Source: Eledone cirrhosa (lineage: Eukaryota). Taken from it: a stretch of DNA of 64,000 bases. The translations under genes and the position numbers were made by a program. Positions 12,991 to 27,491 of the stretch are shown one piece after another. The stretch is from positions 41,044,001 through 41,108,000 of the forward strand of contig OZ024741.1 in assembly GCA_964016885.1 (NCBI GenBank). The letters are read 5' to 3'. Positions within the stretch are counted from its first letter, which is position 1. Every line of letters begins with the position of its first letter. Below the pieces are notes generated by a model that saw only the letters and a list, made by a program, of their open reading frames with translations, ran no database searches and had not been told where the DNA came from.

Positions 12991-15286
12991 AGTATAATGT
13001 TTGTGGGAAAAGGAAAGAGAATGTCTTCAATGTATCACATGGTTCACCATTGTCACTTATATAAATTATGTACTGAGACTACAAAGGGAACTTTCACAAA
13101 AGAAAGAAATATCAAGAATCTAATTTTATCGATGAAAACTTCATGACCATATTTCTAATGAAGGAATTTGACTACCTTGAGGGATGAATGCAAGAGAAAA
13201 GGGCCAAGATGCGCTTCCTAATGCATATATTTATTTTTAAAAAACTATCATAGACCCTTTCTTAAGTTGTTTCAAACACCAGCATAAAGCCTTTAATATG
13301 AGACCAACTGAAACTACACCTAGTTGACACAAAGTTGTATATTTTAAAGTGTTCAAATTTCTATAGAATCCTTCTATCATAATTTTATGTAAGAACCTAT
13401 TTCAAACACTAGATAAATATAAAAAATTAGTCATACTACTAAATCCCTCCAAATTCTTGATTACTTTAAAAGTTATTTGAAAATCATATGCAGTGTTTTA
13501 CATTAGAAACATGATAACAAAAAGGTTAAATATAAACATTTAAAGTTTTCTATATCATCATAACACTAGAAAGAGGTTTAGAGTATCAATAGAGTTAAGA
13601 TAAAGACAAAGCAAAGTTAAACTTTTCTCATAAAGATATCTAGGTAGAGAGAGAAGAAAGCTCATCATAGAATGTATCTCTAGAGACTAGATAAAGAGGA
13701 TATTGATGCAGGCACCACAGACTAGTATTTGTTGAAGGGGAGGGGGGGTAGAAGAAGATGAAGAACAACACCATCAACAAAAACAGCAAGAAGGAAAAGA
13801 AGATGAAGAAATGAAGAAAATATATGAAAGAATAAAGTTTAAAAGACCGCTGATAGCCTATACATGGTTGATAATGGTATGCCTTTTCATTAGACACTAA
13901 ACATGTTTTACACCAAGGATATTGACTCTATTTAATATACTTTTACTTCAAACTAAACCGAAGATAATAGGAAATGGAATTATTTTGGGTGTAAAACTTT
14001 ACAACTTTCATATCTGTGCTATAAAAAAATATAACTCATTCATATTCAAAGAACTGAAAAAAAAAGCTGACATTTAATATAGACATATGGGAGGGCGTGT
14101 GTTTGCGTATTTGTATTCTATAAGAAATTGCTCAGCATTTGTGAGAAAAATATAATTTATTTCTTTATTTTGTTATTTAACAGCTATTTTACTTCAGTTG
14201 CATTGGTGACTTTTCCTGTTCAAGCAATTGCTTTCATAGCTGGATGCTTTTCCTATTTTAAACTAGACGAGAAATTTGAAATGTGTTGTTCAGACCAACT
14301 GGAACTAGAGTTTGTTTTAATCAAGTACAGTGAGCTTGCATCTTACACAGTTTTAAATAATGTGGTTTGGTGAGCTTACATCTTATACAGTTTTAAATAA
14401 TGTGGTTTGGTGAGCTTGCATCTTACACAGTTTTAAATAATGTGGTTTGGTGAGCTTGCATCTTATACAGTTTTAAATAATGTCGTTTTCGTGAGCTTGC
14501 ATCTTATACAGTTTTAAATAGTGTGGTTTGGTGAGCTTGCATCTTACACAGTTTTAAATAATGTGGTTTTGTGAGCTTGTATCTTATACAGTTTTAAATA
14601 GTGTGGTTTGGTGAGCTTGCATCTTATACAGTTTTAAATAATGTCGTTTTCTTACACAGTTTTAAATAGTGTGGTTTGGTGAGCTTGCATCTTACACAGT
14701 TTTAAATAATGTGGTTTGGTGAGCTTGTATCTTATACAGTTTTAAATAATGTGGTTTGGTGAGCTTGTATCTTATACAGTTTTAAATAATGTGGTTTTGT
14801 GAGCTTGCATCTTACACAGTTTTAAATAATGTGGTTTGGTGAGCTTGCATCTTACACAGTTTTAAATAATGTGGTTTTGTGAGCTTGCATCTTATACAGT
14901 TTTAAATAATGTCGTTTTCGTGAGCTTGCATCTTATACAGTTTTAAATAGTGTGGTTTGGTGAGCTTGCATCTTACACAGTTTTAAATAATGTGGTTTTG
15001 TGAGCTTGCATCTTATACAGTTTTAAATAATGTCGTTTTCGTGAGCTTGCATCTTACACAGTTTTAAATAATGTGGTTTGGTGAGCTTGCATCTTACACA
15101 GTTTTAAATATACAGTTTTAAATAATGTGGTTTTGTGAGCTTGTATCTTATACAGTTTTAAATAGTGTGGTTTGGTGAGCTTGCATCTTACACAGTTTTA
15201 AATAATGTCGTTTTCGTGAGCTTGCATCTTACACAGTTTTAAATAGTGTGGTTTGGTGAGCTTGCATCTTACACAGTTTTAAATAA

Positions 15287-15468
15287 TTGTTTCTACTTTT
15301 GGCACAAGGCCAGCAATTACCCAGTGCATTACTGGTACTTTATTTTATCGACCCCGTAAGGATGAAAGGCAAAGTCAACCTCGGCGGGATTTGAACTCAG
15401 ATCGTAAAGGGACGTAACTATGCTGGAAAGCAGGGCGTCCGACCCTCTACTGATACTGCCAATCCACC
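15287..15468 (-). mobile_element. Meta-like SINE inside satellite
   Basis: Reverse complement of the 12808 family. Confidence 0.9.
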
Positions 15469-16052
15469 TGCATCTTACACAGTATTAAATAATGTGGTTT
15501 GGTGAGCTTACATCTTACACAGTTTTAAATAATGTGGTTTGGTGAGCTTGTATCTTATACAGTTTTAAATAATGTGGTTTGGTGAGCTTACATCTTACAC
15601 AGTTTTAAATAATGTGGTTTGGTGAGCTTGTATCGTACACAGTTTTAAATAATGTGGTTTTGTGAGCTTACATCTTATACAGTTTTAAATAATGTGGTTT
15701 GGTGAGCTTGCATCTTACACAGTTTTAAATAATGTGGTTTTGTGAGCTTACATCTTATACAGTTTTAAATAATGTGGTTTGGTGAGCTTGCATCTTACAC
15801 AGTATTAAATAATGTGGTTTGGTGAGCTTACATCTTACACAGTTTTAAATAATGTGGTTTGGTGAGCTTGTATCTTATACAGTTTTAAATAATGTGGTTT
15901 GGTGAGCTTACATCTTACACAGTTTTAAATAATGTGGTTTGGTGAGCTTGCATCGTACACAGTTTTAAATAATGTGGTTTTGTGAGCTTACATCTTATAC
16001 AGTTTTAAATAATGTGGTTTGGTGAGCTTGTATCTTATACAGTTTTAAATAA

Positions 16053-16238
16053 TTGTTTCTACTTTAGGCACAAGGCCAGCAATTACCCAGTGCATTACTG
16101 GTACTTTATTTTATCGACCCCGTAAGGATGAAAGGCAAAGTCAACCTCGGCGGGATTTGAACTCAGATCGTAAAGGGACGTAACTATGCTGGAAAGCATG
16201 GCGTCCGACCCTCTACCGATACTGCCAATCCACCGCCC
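16053..16238 (-). mobile_element. Meta-like SINE inside satellite, with target-site duplication
   Basis: Near-identical to the 15287 copy; flanked by ttttaaataat on both sides. Confidence 0.9.
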
Positions 16239-16699
16239 TTTTAAATAATGTTTTAAATAATGTGGTTTTCATGAGCTTGCATCTTACACAGTTGTAAATA
16301 ATGTGGTTTTGTGAGCTTGTATCTTATACAGTTTTAAAGAATGTGGTTTTGTGAGCTTGCATCTTACACAGTTTTAAATAATGTGGTTTTGTGAGCTTGC
16401 ATCTTACACAGTTTTAAATAATGTGGTTTTGTGAGCTTGCATCTTACACAGTTTTAAATAATGTGGTTTTGAATATACTTGGTTGGAAATTATTTCAAAA
16501 ACAATCAAAGAAGGCTATAAAATTATTAATGTTCTGTTCCACCTAAAACTGCATTACCTAATCTAATAGAAAAAACTCTACCACTACTCTTATCCTTTTC
16601 CAGAATTTGTTCAGCCTCTAGAGAACCTGATATTATGTTTCCTCCAAAACATTGACATACACAGGCACTTTTATATAACGGCTGTGTATATAAAGAGTA

Positions 16700-17037
16700 A
16701 TGGGTAAAGACCTTTCATCAGAAGTGACCATGGGATTTCCACCAAGAAAATTGCCCTCTGAGGTACAAGTCCAGGCTAGGTTGTTTGTGGAAGACCAGCT
16801 GTCGCCCATGCATAGCAGTCTCCTCCTCTCCACTCCCCCAATGTAGTCAATGGGAAAGGCCAAGGCTGATACAGCTTGGCACCAGTGACGTCACAACTCA
16901 TTTCTACTGCTGAGTAAACTGGAACAATGTGAAATAAAGTATCTTGCTCAAGGACAAAACGCATCACCCAGTCTGGGACTCAAACTCACAACCTCATGAT
17001 TGTATCCTGATATTCTAACTACTAAGTCATGTGCCTT
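16700..17037 (-). mobile_element. tRNA-derived SINE with CORE-like segment
   Basis: Reverse complement: ggcacatgacttagtagttag...gtccttgagcaagatactttatttcacattgttccagtttactcagc. Confidence 0.8.
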
Positions 17038-17059
17038 CTGTGTATATACATATTTTAAT

Positions 17060-17870
17060 AATTGTTTCTAGTTTAGGCACAAGGCCAGAAATTACCCAGT
17101 GCATTACTGGTACTTTATTTTATCGACCCCGTAAGGATGAAAGACAAAGTCAACCTCGGCGGGATTTGAACTCATATTTTAATAATGCAGTAAGTTAGAG
17201 AACCAATTGGCCATGTAAGATGCAAGGCTTACTGTATTATTAAATATTTTCTTCTTATATAAAAATGGAAAAGATCTGAAAGGAAACGGCATATATTAAA
17301 CATGATATATATTTACACATCAACATCTAAATGTTTGACTTTCCTATCAAACTTTTCAGTGAAATCCCTCAAGTGATTGGCATACTTTAATGTTGTTAAC
17401 AATAATAACAGCATTCATAACCAAATCAATTTTGTTCAGTATTACTGGTCATATTGATATCTCTGTTATTGTTCATAAATATATAGTATCAACAGCTTAT
17501 GGATTAATAATGCCTTGACAAAGTAATATTTGTTTCTACTTTTAGCACAAGACCAGCAATTTGATTTTAAATAACAGCATTCATAACTAAATCAATTTTA
17601 TAAAATGAAATGAAATGAAATGATTTCTGGTCATATTGATTGATATCTCTGTTATTGTTAATAAATATATAGTGTTAACTGCTTATGAATTAATAATGTT
17701 TTCTACTTTTGGCACAAGGCCAACAAATACCCAGTGCATTACTGGTACTTTATTTTATCGACCCCGTAAGGATGAAAGGCAACGTTAACCTCGGCGGGAT
17801 TTGAACTCAGATCGTAAAGGGACGTAACTATGCTAGAAAGCATGTCTGACCCTCTACCAATACTGCCAAA
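17060..17870 (-). mobile_element. Two further Meta-like SINE copies (17060-17173 partial, 17696-17870)
   Basis: Same family sequence; a local duplication of taacagcattcataac..ctggtcatattgat lies between them. Confidence 0.8.
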
Positions 17871-17974
17871 TGCCTTGACAAAGTAATAATAACAATTGAT
17901 ATTGTAAACCAAAATAATGTTGATTAACTATTTTGTTAATATATTTCTAATGAATGAGTTGCTAATAGAATAGT

Positions 17975-19820
17975 GATGAAGATAGACTGTTGCTAATAGT
18001 GGACTGTCAATAGATAGACTGTTGCTAACAGCGGAGTGTTGATAGATAGACCGTTGCTAACAGTGAAGTGTCAATAGATAGACTGTTGCTAACAGTGGAC
18101 TGTCGATAGATAGACTGTTGCTAACAGTGGACTGTCAATAGATAGACTGTTGCTAACAGTGGAGTGTCATAGATAGACTGTTGCTAACAGTGGACTGTCG
18201 ATAGATAGACTGTTGCTAACAGTGGACTGTCAATAGATAGACTGTTGCTAACAGTGGAGTGTCAATAGATAGAGTGTTGCTAACAGTGGAGTGTCAATAG
18301 ATAGAGTGTTGCTAACAGTGGAGTGTCAATAGATAGACTGTTGCTAACAGTGGACTGTCGATAGATAGACTGTTGCTAACAGTGGACTGTCAATAGATAG
18401 ACTGTTGCTAACAGTGGAGTGTCAATAGATAGAGTGTTGCTAACAGTGGAGTGTCAATAGATAGAGTGTTGCTAACAGTGGAGTGTCAATAGATAGAGTG
18501 TTGCTAACAGTGGAGTGTCAATAGATAGACTGTTGCTAACAGTGGAGTGTCAATAGATAGACTGTTGCTAACAGTGGAGTGTCAATAGATAGACTGTTAC
18601 TAACAGTCGACTGTCAATAGATAGACTGTTGCTAACAGTGGAGTGTCAATAGATAGAGTGTTGCTAACAGTGGAGTGTCAATAGATAGAGTGTTGCTAAC
18701 AGTGGAGTGTCAATAGATAGAGTGTTGCTAACAGTGGAGTGTCAATAGATAGAGTGTTGCTAACAGTGGAGTGTCAATAGATAGACTGTTGCTAACAGTG
18801 GACTGTCGATAGATAGACTGTTGCTAACAGTGGACTGTCAATAGATAGACTGTTGCTAACAGTGGAGTGTCAATAGATAGAGTGTTGCTAACAGTGGAGT
18901 GTCAATAGATAGAGTGTTGCTAACAGCGGAGTGTCAATAGATAGAGTGTTGCTAACAGTGGAGTGTCAATAGATAGACTGTTGCTAACAGCGGAGTGTTG
19001 ATAGATAGACCGTTGCTAACAGTGAAGTGTCAATAGATAGACTGTTGCTAACAGTGGACTGTCGATAGATAGACTGTTGCTAACAGTGGAGTGTCAATAG
19101 ATAGAGTGTTGCTAACAGTGGAGTGTCAATAGATAGAGTGTTGCTAACAGTGGAGTGTCAATAGATAGAGTGTTGCTAACAGTGGAGTGTCAATAGATAG
19201 ACTGTTGCTAACAGTGGACTGTCGATAGATAGACTGTTGCTAACAGTGGACTGTCAATAGATAGACTGTTGCTAACAGTGGAGTGTCAATAGATAGAGTG
19301 TTGCTAACAGTGGAGTGTCAATAGATAGAGTGTTGCTAACAGTGGAGTGTCAATAGATAGAGTGTTGCTAACAGTGGAGTGTCAATAGATAGACTGTTGC
19401 TAACAGTGGAGTGTCAATAGATAGACTGTTGCTAACAGTGGAGTGTCAATAGATAGACTGTTACTAACAGTCGACTGTCGATAGATAGAGTGTTGCTAAC
19501 AATGGACTGTCAATAGATAGACTGTTGCTAACAGTGGAGTGTCAATAGATAGAGTGTTGCTAAGAGTGGGCTGTTGATAGATAGACTGTTGCTAACAGTG
19601 GAGTGTCAATAGATAGACTGTTACTAACAGTCGACTGTCGATAGATAGACTGTTGCTAACACTGGACTGTCAATAGATAGACTGTTGCTAACAGTGGAGT
19701 GTCAATATATAGATTGTTGCTAAGAGTGGGCTATTGATAGATAGACTGTTGCTAACAGTGGACTGTTGATAGAGAGACTGTTGCTAATAGAAGAGTGTTG
19801 AATAAAGACTGTGGCTAACA
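17975..19820. repeat. 32-bp tandem satellite
   Basis: Unit atagatagactgttgctaacagtggagtgtca, period 32. Confidence 0.97.
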
Positions 19821-20033
19821 AAAATGTTCAAATGTATAGAAAAACTAAAACAAAGATCTGAAGTTGCAAACTAGTGATGACAAAACAAAAATGTCCATTA
19901 AGATTTATTATATTTTCTTGTTTGTATGTCTGTGTTTTTCTAATTGTGTTGGTGTCTGTTGTATGGCATCTGTCAAACAAACTAACTTATTTTGATATAT
20001 TTCAAACAATCTTTGCTTTGCCTCCTGCCTTAA

Positions 20034-20243
20034 CCCTTTAGCATTTACATTACTCTATATTTATTATAATATTTTCATGTTAAAGGCTTTACCACACATA
20101 ATTATCATACATAATATTGAATCTATGAGATTTTAATATTATTTATTTTGAGAACATCAGTATGAGTGACTGGTTACAGCTGGTTTGAACAGAAGGAGGT
20201 GAGAGAATTCTGACCAGATTTGGCCAGTTTAAATGCTAAAGGG
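20034..20243. mobile_element. piggyBac-type MITE
   Basis: TTAA|CCCTTTAGCATTTA...TAAATGCTAAAGGG|TTAA: 14-bp TIR and TTAA target duplication. Confidence 0.85.
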
Positions 20244-20784
20244 TTAAATGTGACTCAAACCAACTGATACTCTGTTAATTCTTGTCCATTTTGAAATTCA
20301 GTCCTGCTTCTCACAACACCAGTCAATTTATCTTTCTTTTTTCATATTTCCATCATTGTATGACTTCTTTTTCATTTGTAATGTCTGCTTTTTTATTCTT
20401 TTATATATGCTTTGTGATATTGTAAAACTACTATGATTGGAAATTAACCAATTGGATTAAAATACAGTATTTAGACTGATTTCTTCCTTCTTCAACTAAT
20501 AGACAACCATTTCATTCAATTTCTCTTCAGGACATTCACCACTGGCTCTATTCCCATCATCTTCTGCATTTCATTGTTTCTTATCCTTCCTATCAGTAAT
20601 ACTCCATTCATCAACTGAGTTATTCTCATTTTGTTCTTTCCAGACTTCTCTACTGCTCTGCATTCATTACCCATGTCTCCTTCTCATAAATCATGGTACT
20701 TCACACACACACATTTTTCCCTTCTGTTCTTTCCAGCTTTTCCTGCTGCTCCAAGTTTATCACCCATGTTTCACCCCCCCCCCA

Positions 20785-21430
20785 CTCATAAACCATGAAA
20801 CTTCACACACATGTAGCATATATCTTTCCCTTCAATTCTATCCATCTCCACATTCACCACCATGTATCACTCCTTTAAACCATGGAACTTCTCACACATG
20901 TAGCATACATCTTTCCCTTCAATTCTATCCAGCTCCACATTCACCACCCATGTCTCATTCCTATAAACCATGGAACTTCTCACACATGTAGCATACATCT
21001 TTCTCCTCAATTCTATCCATCTCCACATTCACCACCCATGTCTCACTCCTATAAACCATGGAACTTCTCACACATGTAGCATATATCTTTCCCTTCAATT
21101 CTATCCATCTCCACATTCACCACCATGTCTCACTCCTATAAACCATGGAACTTCTCACACATGTAGCATATATCTTTCCCTTCAATTCTATCCATCTCCA
21201 CATTCACCACCATGTCTCACTCCTTTAAACCATGGAACTTCTCACACATGTAGCATACATCTTTCCCTTCAATTCTATCCATCTCCACATTCACCACCCA
21301 TGTCTCACTCCTATAAACCATGGAACTTCTCACATATGTAGCATACATCTTTCCCTTCAATTCTATCCATCTCCACATTCACCACCATGTCTCAATCCCA
21401 TAAACCATGGAACTTCTCACACATGCAGTA
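20785..21430. repeat. 87-88-bp tandem minisatellite (~7 copies, degenerate flanking units)
   Basis: Unit aaaccatggaacttctcacacatgtagcata...cacattcaccacccatgtctcactcctat. Confidence 0.95.
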
Positions 21431-21756
21431 TACACCTTTAACTTACATTCTTTCCACCTTCTCTCTGTTGCTCCACATTCATCAACCATGTCTAGCTCCT
21501 ATAAACATCTAACATACGTTTTCCCAGTAGGTTTACATTTTTGTCTTTTGTTTTTTAAAGAAGAAATCTGTGTCACCCAAGAACTGCCAACCTTTATTAT
21601 TTATATGATAAATAATTGAAAGTGTTAAAACAATAAAATCACAACTGAATTAAATTACAAATAAATTCTCCATGTAAAATATCCTAGAGGAATATAAGCC
21701 TGTTGGAGAAATGTCTTATTGAGTAGTGCATTGCCCAAAGTCTGTCTATCTCACTC

Positions 21757-21809
<53 letters not shown>

Positions 21810-23422
21810 ATAAAGAAATAGAAATGATAATTTCATTGGAACAAATCTGCTTATAAGATTATTTTTGGAGTTTATGTGAAGAACTGGTTGGTTAAGACAC
21901 ATTTCGTCTTTTATATATCTAAAAATTATTATCCTGAGGTAAAATATTTGTAAGGCTTTGTGAATTTCTTAAAATCAAATAATTTAGAATAGAAATTTGA
22001 AGAGTGCTTCACAGTTAATCCATGGCTGATGAAACTGGTACTTCTTGCTGATAAAACTTTCTAAATTAGATTTAATATATCTATTATTACAAGTAAGGTA
22101 TAAAATTGGCAGGGTCCATATAATAGTTTCTGGTAGTCATTTTCACTATCTGTGTTCTGAGTTCAAATCCTGCAGAAATGAACTTTGCTTTTTATAATTT
22201 TGAGGTTGAATAAATATTGTACTAGTCCAGTACTGGGGACAATTATTCCTCTATCTCTTTTTCTCATTCACTCAACCACACTCTCTCTCTCATTCACTGA
22301 AAGGAATCAACTGTATTCAGACATGGAAAGAGATGGACTTTGCCAGGCTTAAATGCTCAATATGGTGTGTCATGATGACACCCATACATTAGAAGTTAAG
22401 GATGGAGAGATGGAGAGATTGATGGATGGCTTGATAATTACAAATAACAAAAAAATTGTTGTTTTCTGTTTTATATAACAAAAATTCAGGATTCAGGAAG
22501 AAATTGTAAATTTGGTCTTCTATAACAACAAATATTTTAAAGCCATTTTTCCTGCTAAAGCAGGTGTTAGCCATGCATGACAAGTTTCTCCATTTTGCCT
22601 TATCCTCTACATTACCCCTCATCAATTCTATTACATTTATTTCCTTGTTCGTCATATTTAGCAGGAATCTATACAAACTTCTTGAAAAAAAGAACATTTT
22701 TTTGGCTGAATATTGGATGGAAATACCTGTAGCTAAATGTAAGTGGAAGCTGTTGCTTCCTATTTTAAACAAAATATTACTGTGATGGTGGCTTTTTGTA
22801 TAATATAGCTTAAAAGAAAGAAATTCCAAAACACACTGAATGATTTTGTTGATTCAATTGTAAATGTTTCCCTAGATATTAAATAATTTTTTAATTGTTT
22901 TACAATAGAGTTATCACTTCCAGGCTATGTGAGTTAACCATAAAAGAATACAGTAAACAGTATTACTCTAAAAAATAATTTGTAATTCAGAAACACACAT
23001 ATAAAAAAAAATAAAACAAAATAAATACAACATACATTTAACTCATTAAAATATGAAACTATATATTTAAGAAAAACTTTTTAAAAATAAAATCCCCCCT
23101 TCCCACCAAATATTTAAGTTATATATTTCGGATATTCGTTTTATTTTATTATTTTATGAAATACATCTCTCTTTTTAAATTTGGTTAAACATTTTGAAAA
23201 TTATATACTTCAAATACATGAAAGTAAGGAATTGATAGAAGAGTTGTAGTTTATTTTGAGAATATTTCAAGAAATGTTTCAATGTCTTACAGAAAAAAAT
23301 ATTTGGAGAAATACTGTAAAATACATAGATTTAAAAAGAGATAATAATAAGTTAATGTCTGTCTCAAGGTTAGAGGCACATTAGGCTGGAGTTAATCTCA
23401 GTTTTCATTGGTGTTAATACTT

Positions 23423-23633
23423 TTGCATTCACATTACTCTATATGTACTATTGTATTTTCACAGAAAAGGCTTTATCTCACATATTATAAAATCTATCTA
23501 TAAGATTTTGATGTTATTTATTTTGAGAACAATACCTTAACATCAGTTTGAGCAGCTGGTTATGACTAGTTTGAACAAAAAGAGGTGAGAGAATTCTGGC
23601 CAGATATGGCCAGTTTAAATGCTAAAGGATTAA
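23423..23633. mobile_element. Degenerate copy of the piggyBac-type MITE
   Basis: Shares cattactctatat...gaggtgagagaattctg...taaatgctaaagg.ttaa with 20034-20243. Confidence 0.75.
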
Positions 23634-24310
23634 GCAACTGACATTTCTAGAGTTATCTTATATGGTCAATTGACATTCTCATTAGGTGTCCAAACCAATC
23701 TACATGTTGAGCTGTTAACTGGATGATAGTTATGGTACAAACTATTTGCTTAACTCTTAACATCTTTCAATAATTTAACAGAAAATATCTAAAAACTAGT
23801 TTGTTAATTCAAATATTTATTATATATCATATTTAAAATCGTAACATACTCCCATGGTATTCAAGAGATTGGTTCAATTCCTCATCGGTACCTCTGTTTA
23901 CCTTGTTCCTGTCTCTAAGGGTAATTTACCTAATTTTTCCAACTATCATCTATATTGATTGACTTATTACAATTATTTTCTGTGTATGGGACTCTCACAT
24001 TTTGAAATTTCAAACACTCCCAGCACTTTGATAATTCATAAGGTATATATAGTATGTTTATTAGTTAACATATCATAGTATTATTAAAGTAACAGCTTTA
24101 CATTTTAATATAGTATTGTTTTGCACTTTTCAAGAATGTCTTTCTAATGTGGTTTCATGCAGTACCAGATGTTAAGAGTTCATGTCTTTATTTCTGAATC
24201 AGCACCATCTTCTAACTGGAGACATCTCATGCCATATATTGTGAGTTTTCAACCAGGGTTAGTAAGTTTTTAAAAGAAAATATTTTCTCATTTTTGTTTT
24301 TACTTGTTAG

Positions 24311-24378
24311 GTTTGAGGATTTGGCAGTGATTTTTGAGATGTGCAAGATTAATGCTGATATTTTCTGCTTCAACCATA
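24311..24378 (+). other. Possible short exon (coding or lncRNA)
   Basis: Strong polypyrimidine tract plus ag, gtgagt donor, open frame FEDLAVIFEMCKINADIFCFNH. No independent support. Confidence 0.25.
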
Positions 24379-26267
24379 GTGAGTTGCCACCTGTATAAAA
24401 GACGTGATCGTCTGGGTGGGCAGGAAGGACTGGGAGAAGAGATTAGTCTGGAAACTGGAGTATTGGACACAACATTGGTAATGAGAAAAGATGAAGATCA
24501 GGAGTGCCAGAGTGGGTGTGGCATAAGACCAGCCAGAGAGCATAAAATTGCAGATGGTATTGTAGTAGTAAAGAGAAAAAACAGTAAATCTGTGGGTCAG
24601 AGGCTGGAGTGTCTGTGAGTGTGACTTTATACCAATTAGTCAAGTGAGAGAAGACAGGAGATTTGTTAGCCAAAGACTGGAGCATGTTTGTGTTGTGAAA
24701 GTGAAAGACAATAATCTATTGACCAGAAGCTGGAGTGTGTATGTGTGTGTGTGTGTGTGTGCACGCGTGCAACCTTATGCCATTTACTCAAGTGACTGTT
24801 CTCTGGATCCTTATGGAAAGAAAACTTAATGAGCACAATGTAACAATAATACATCCTTGAGATTCTCTTCAGCATCAACAAGAAGAAGCATTTTAAGGCC
24901 TATTCCTTGCTAGAGCAATGGTTAGCCTTGCAGGTTCCATAATAGACTTTATACACATCATGGGGTTCTTTTAGAGCCAATAATTTACAGCTATATGCTC
25001 TTCCTGACACCAAACATTTTACACATCTGTTGCTACAGCAAGCAGAGATACAGTGTACATATTCTAAATGAGATACACACATTTCATTATCATCATCGTT
25101 TTATGTCCACTTTATTATGCTGGCACGGGTTGGCAGTGAATATGGTAATTAACTTTGAGCAAGGATAAATTGAAGTAAAAATGGTAAAGTACTTTGTCAA
25201 AGGAAGCAGAATGTTAATGGACAGAACACTGTTTTGGAATCAGTACAGCTTTAAACTTTATTCAATGCACTTCAACTTTTAATTTATCTAATTTGAAGCA
25301 CAAACACACTCAAACATATAGACACATGCACACATATATACATGCACACACATACAGACACATGCACACATATAGATACAAACACATACAGACACATGCA
25401 CACATATAGACACATGCACACACATATAGACATATGAACAATGGAAATTATTTGATGGACATTTCCATTGGAATAAATTATATAATCAATTTTGTGATTA
25501 GTATTGATTCTGAAACCAATTTAGAAGATTATATTGATAAAAAAATTAACAACAACAACAAAAGACAACAAACAAAATCTGTACCAGGAAACCTTTAAAA
25601 TGAATAATGATAACATAAACTGATTGATGATGCTTTTTCAATCAGAACCAATTTTGGATGATTGATTTCAGCAGATATTTTGAAGGTGGTGGCCACAGGT
25701 CTGATGTTCAAAATACAATATATGCACCAATGTGAACTTAACAGGAAATATAACCTTGGATTTGTAACAGGGAATTGAAAGAGCATTAAATAAATAAATA
25801 AACAAATAAATAAAGATAAAATGAGATAATATAATTTTAAAAAATCAATAGAATTCCTTGAAAACAACATTTAACATAATGATTCCAGCATTTAATAAGC
25901 TAATATTTCTCTAACTTCGATGGGCAGATCATCAAAAGAGTTGTGAAGTAGCTAATAATGGTACATTAGAACAACAGGAGGAGAAGATGATGATGATAAT
26001 AGATGGAAGAGAAAAGATATAAGTTGTTGTTGTATTAAGAGAGTTTAGGGGTAATAAAGTAATTTACCAAAAATTACAGGCAGTTAGGAGAATTGATCCT
26101 CCAAACTGTCCAAATCTGAAGATTAGAGAACAGTATCAAAAGAGCTGAAGATTCTTACTGATGTGGATCAGGAAGAATAATTATAACTTTTAAGGTTAAG
26201 AAGGAATCACGAAGAAAAATATCAAAGAAACTTCAGAGTGTGATTATTTACTTTTGTTTTTTTTATG

Positions 26268-27482
26268 CATGGCTGTGTAGTTAAGAAGATTGTTTTACAG
26301 CCACGTAGGCTTGAGCTGTACTGTACTGTATAGTAATTTAGGTTAGTATCTGCTGCAATAGCCTAACCAATGATATGTGAGTAAATTTGGTAGATAGAAA
26401 CTGTTAAGAAGGATATTGTGTAAATATGTTGTGTGTATTCCAGTTTATTTAATAGGTACATAGTATCCATGTCTGTTGTAAGAGGAGACTAAAAGGGTTG
26501 GTGGCAGGAACGGCATCAGGGTGCAAAACATTCTCTCAAGCAATGTCAGCATGGAAAATTGGATGTAAAAATGATGATGTTGATGATAATACATACTCAC
26601 ACATGATGATACATACACACACACACACACACATATCATATATATATGGCTATGTGGTTAAGGAGTTAAAGAGTATGGCTGTTAAAAAGTTTGCAAAACA
26701 ATCATGAAGTCTAGGGTTCAATCCAGCTGTGTGATAACTTGGGCATAGGTCTGCTATAGCCACAGATTAACCAATGATTTGTGATTAACTTTGGTAGTCA
26801 GAAACACACTCACACGCACACATGCATGCACACACATACATATGTACATATATGCATGTTGTTGTTGTTGTTACAGCTCACACCTATGCAGGTTTACCTG
26901 GCCTCCTCCAAGGTATATCTCGTTGGAGGTGTTTTGAGTGATTTAATAATAGGGACCCCAGTCCTATCATCTCATTTCTACAGCTGAGTAAACTGGAGCA
27001 ACGTGAAATAAAGTGTCTTGCTCAAGGAAACAACACATCACCCGGTCTGAGAATTGAACTCACAACCTTTCAATTGGAAGCCCAATGCTCTAACCCCTAA
27101 GCCATGTGCCTTCACATACATGCATGCCTATGAATTAAAGAAATTTGATATAACATACACATTTTGGGGGTTTTATTTCACTACATGGCAGTTTGGACAA
27201 GTAGATTTTACTAATTCTTCTGGCCAACCATTGCTTTGCAAATGAAATTTTGGAGCTGGAAGCTGTAGAAGCTCATCATGTGTATATATGTATGAATCTT
27301 TGTGATTCCATTTTTGATGGTCTGTGTTTATGTTCCCTATCTTAGCAGTCAAACATGAGATTGATAAAATATGTACAAAACTTGGAAATAAAACAAGTAC
27401 AAGGATCAATATAATCAATTAAACCCCTCAAAAGTAGTGCCCCAGCCTGGCCAGAGTCTAATGATTGAAACTAGTAAAAGAA
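26268..27482. mobile_element. Cluster of degenerate tRNA-SINEs (26268-26430 +, 26645-26805 +, 26870-27112 -, 27125-27482 +)
   Basis: A/B-box-like heads and family bodies matching other copies in the window. Confidence 0.7.
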
Positions 27483-27491
27483 TATATATAT

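Larger units (their letters stand above)
14330..16470. repeat. 40-bp tandem satellite interrupted by two SINEs
   Basis: Unit gtgagcttgcatcttacacagttttaaataatgtggtttg, period 40. Confidence 0.97.

Noticed and set aside
14330-19820. CRISPR-like appearance of the 40-bp and 32-bp repeats
   Set aside because: Units are contiguous with no unique spacers, there are no cas genes, and the context is eukaryotic.
25595-25870. 91-aa minus-strand ORF
   Set aside because: AT-rich, with no clear splice sites or domain.
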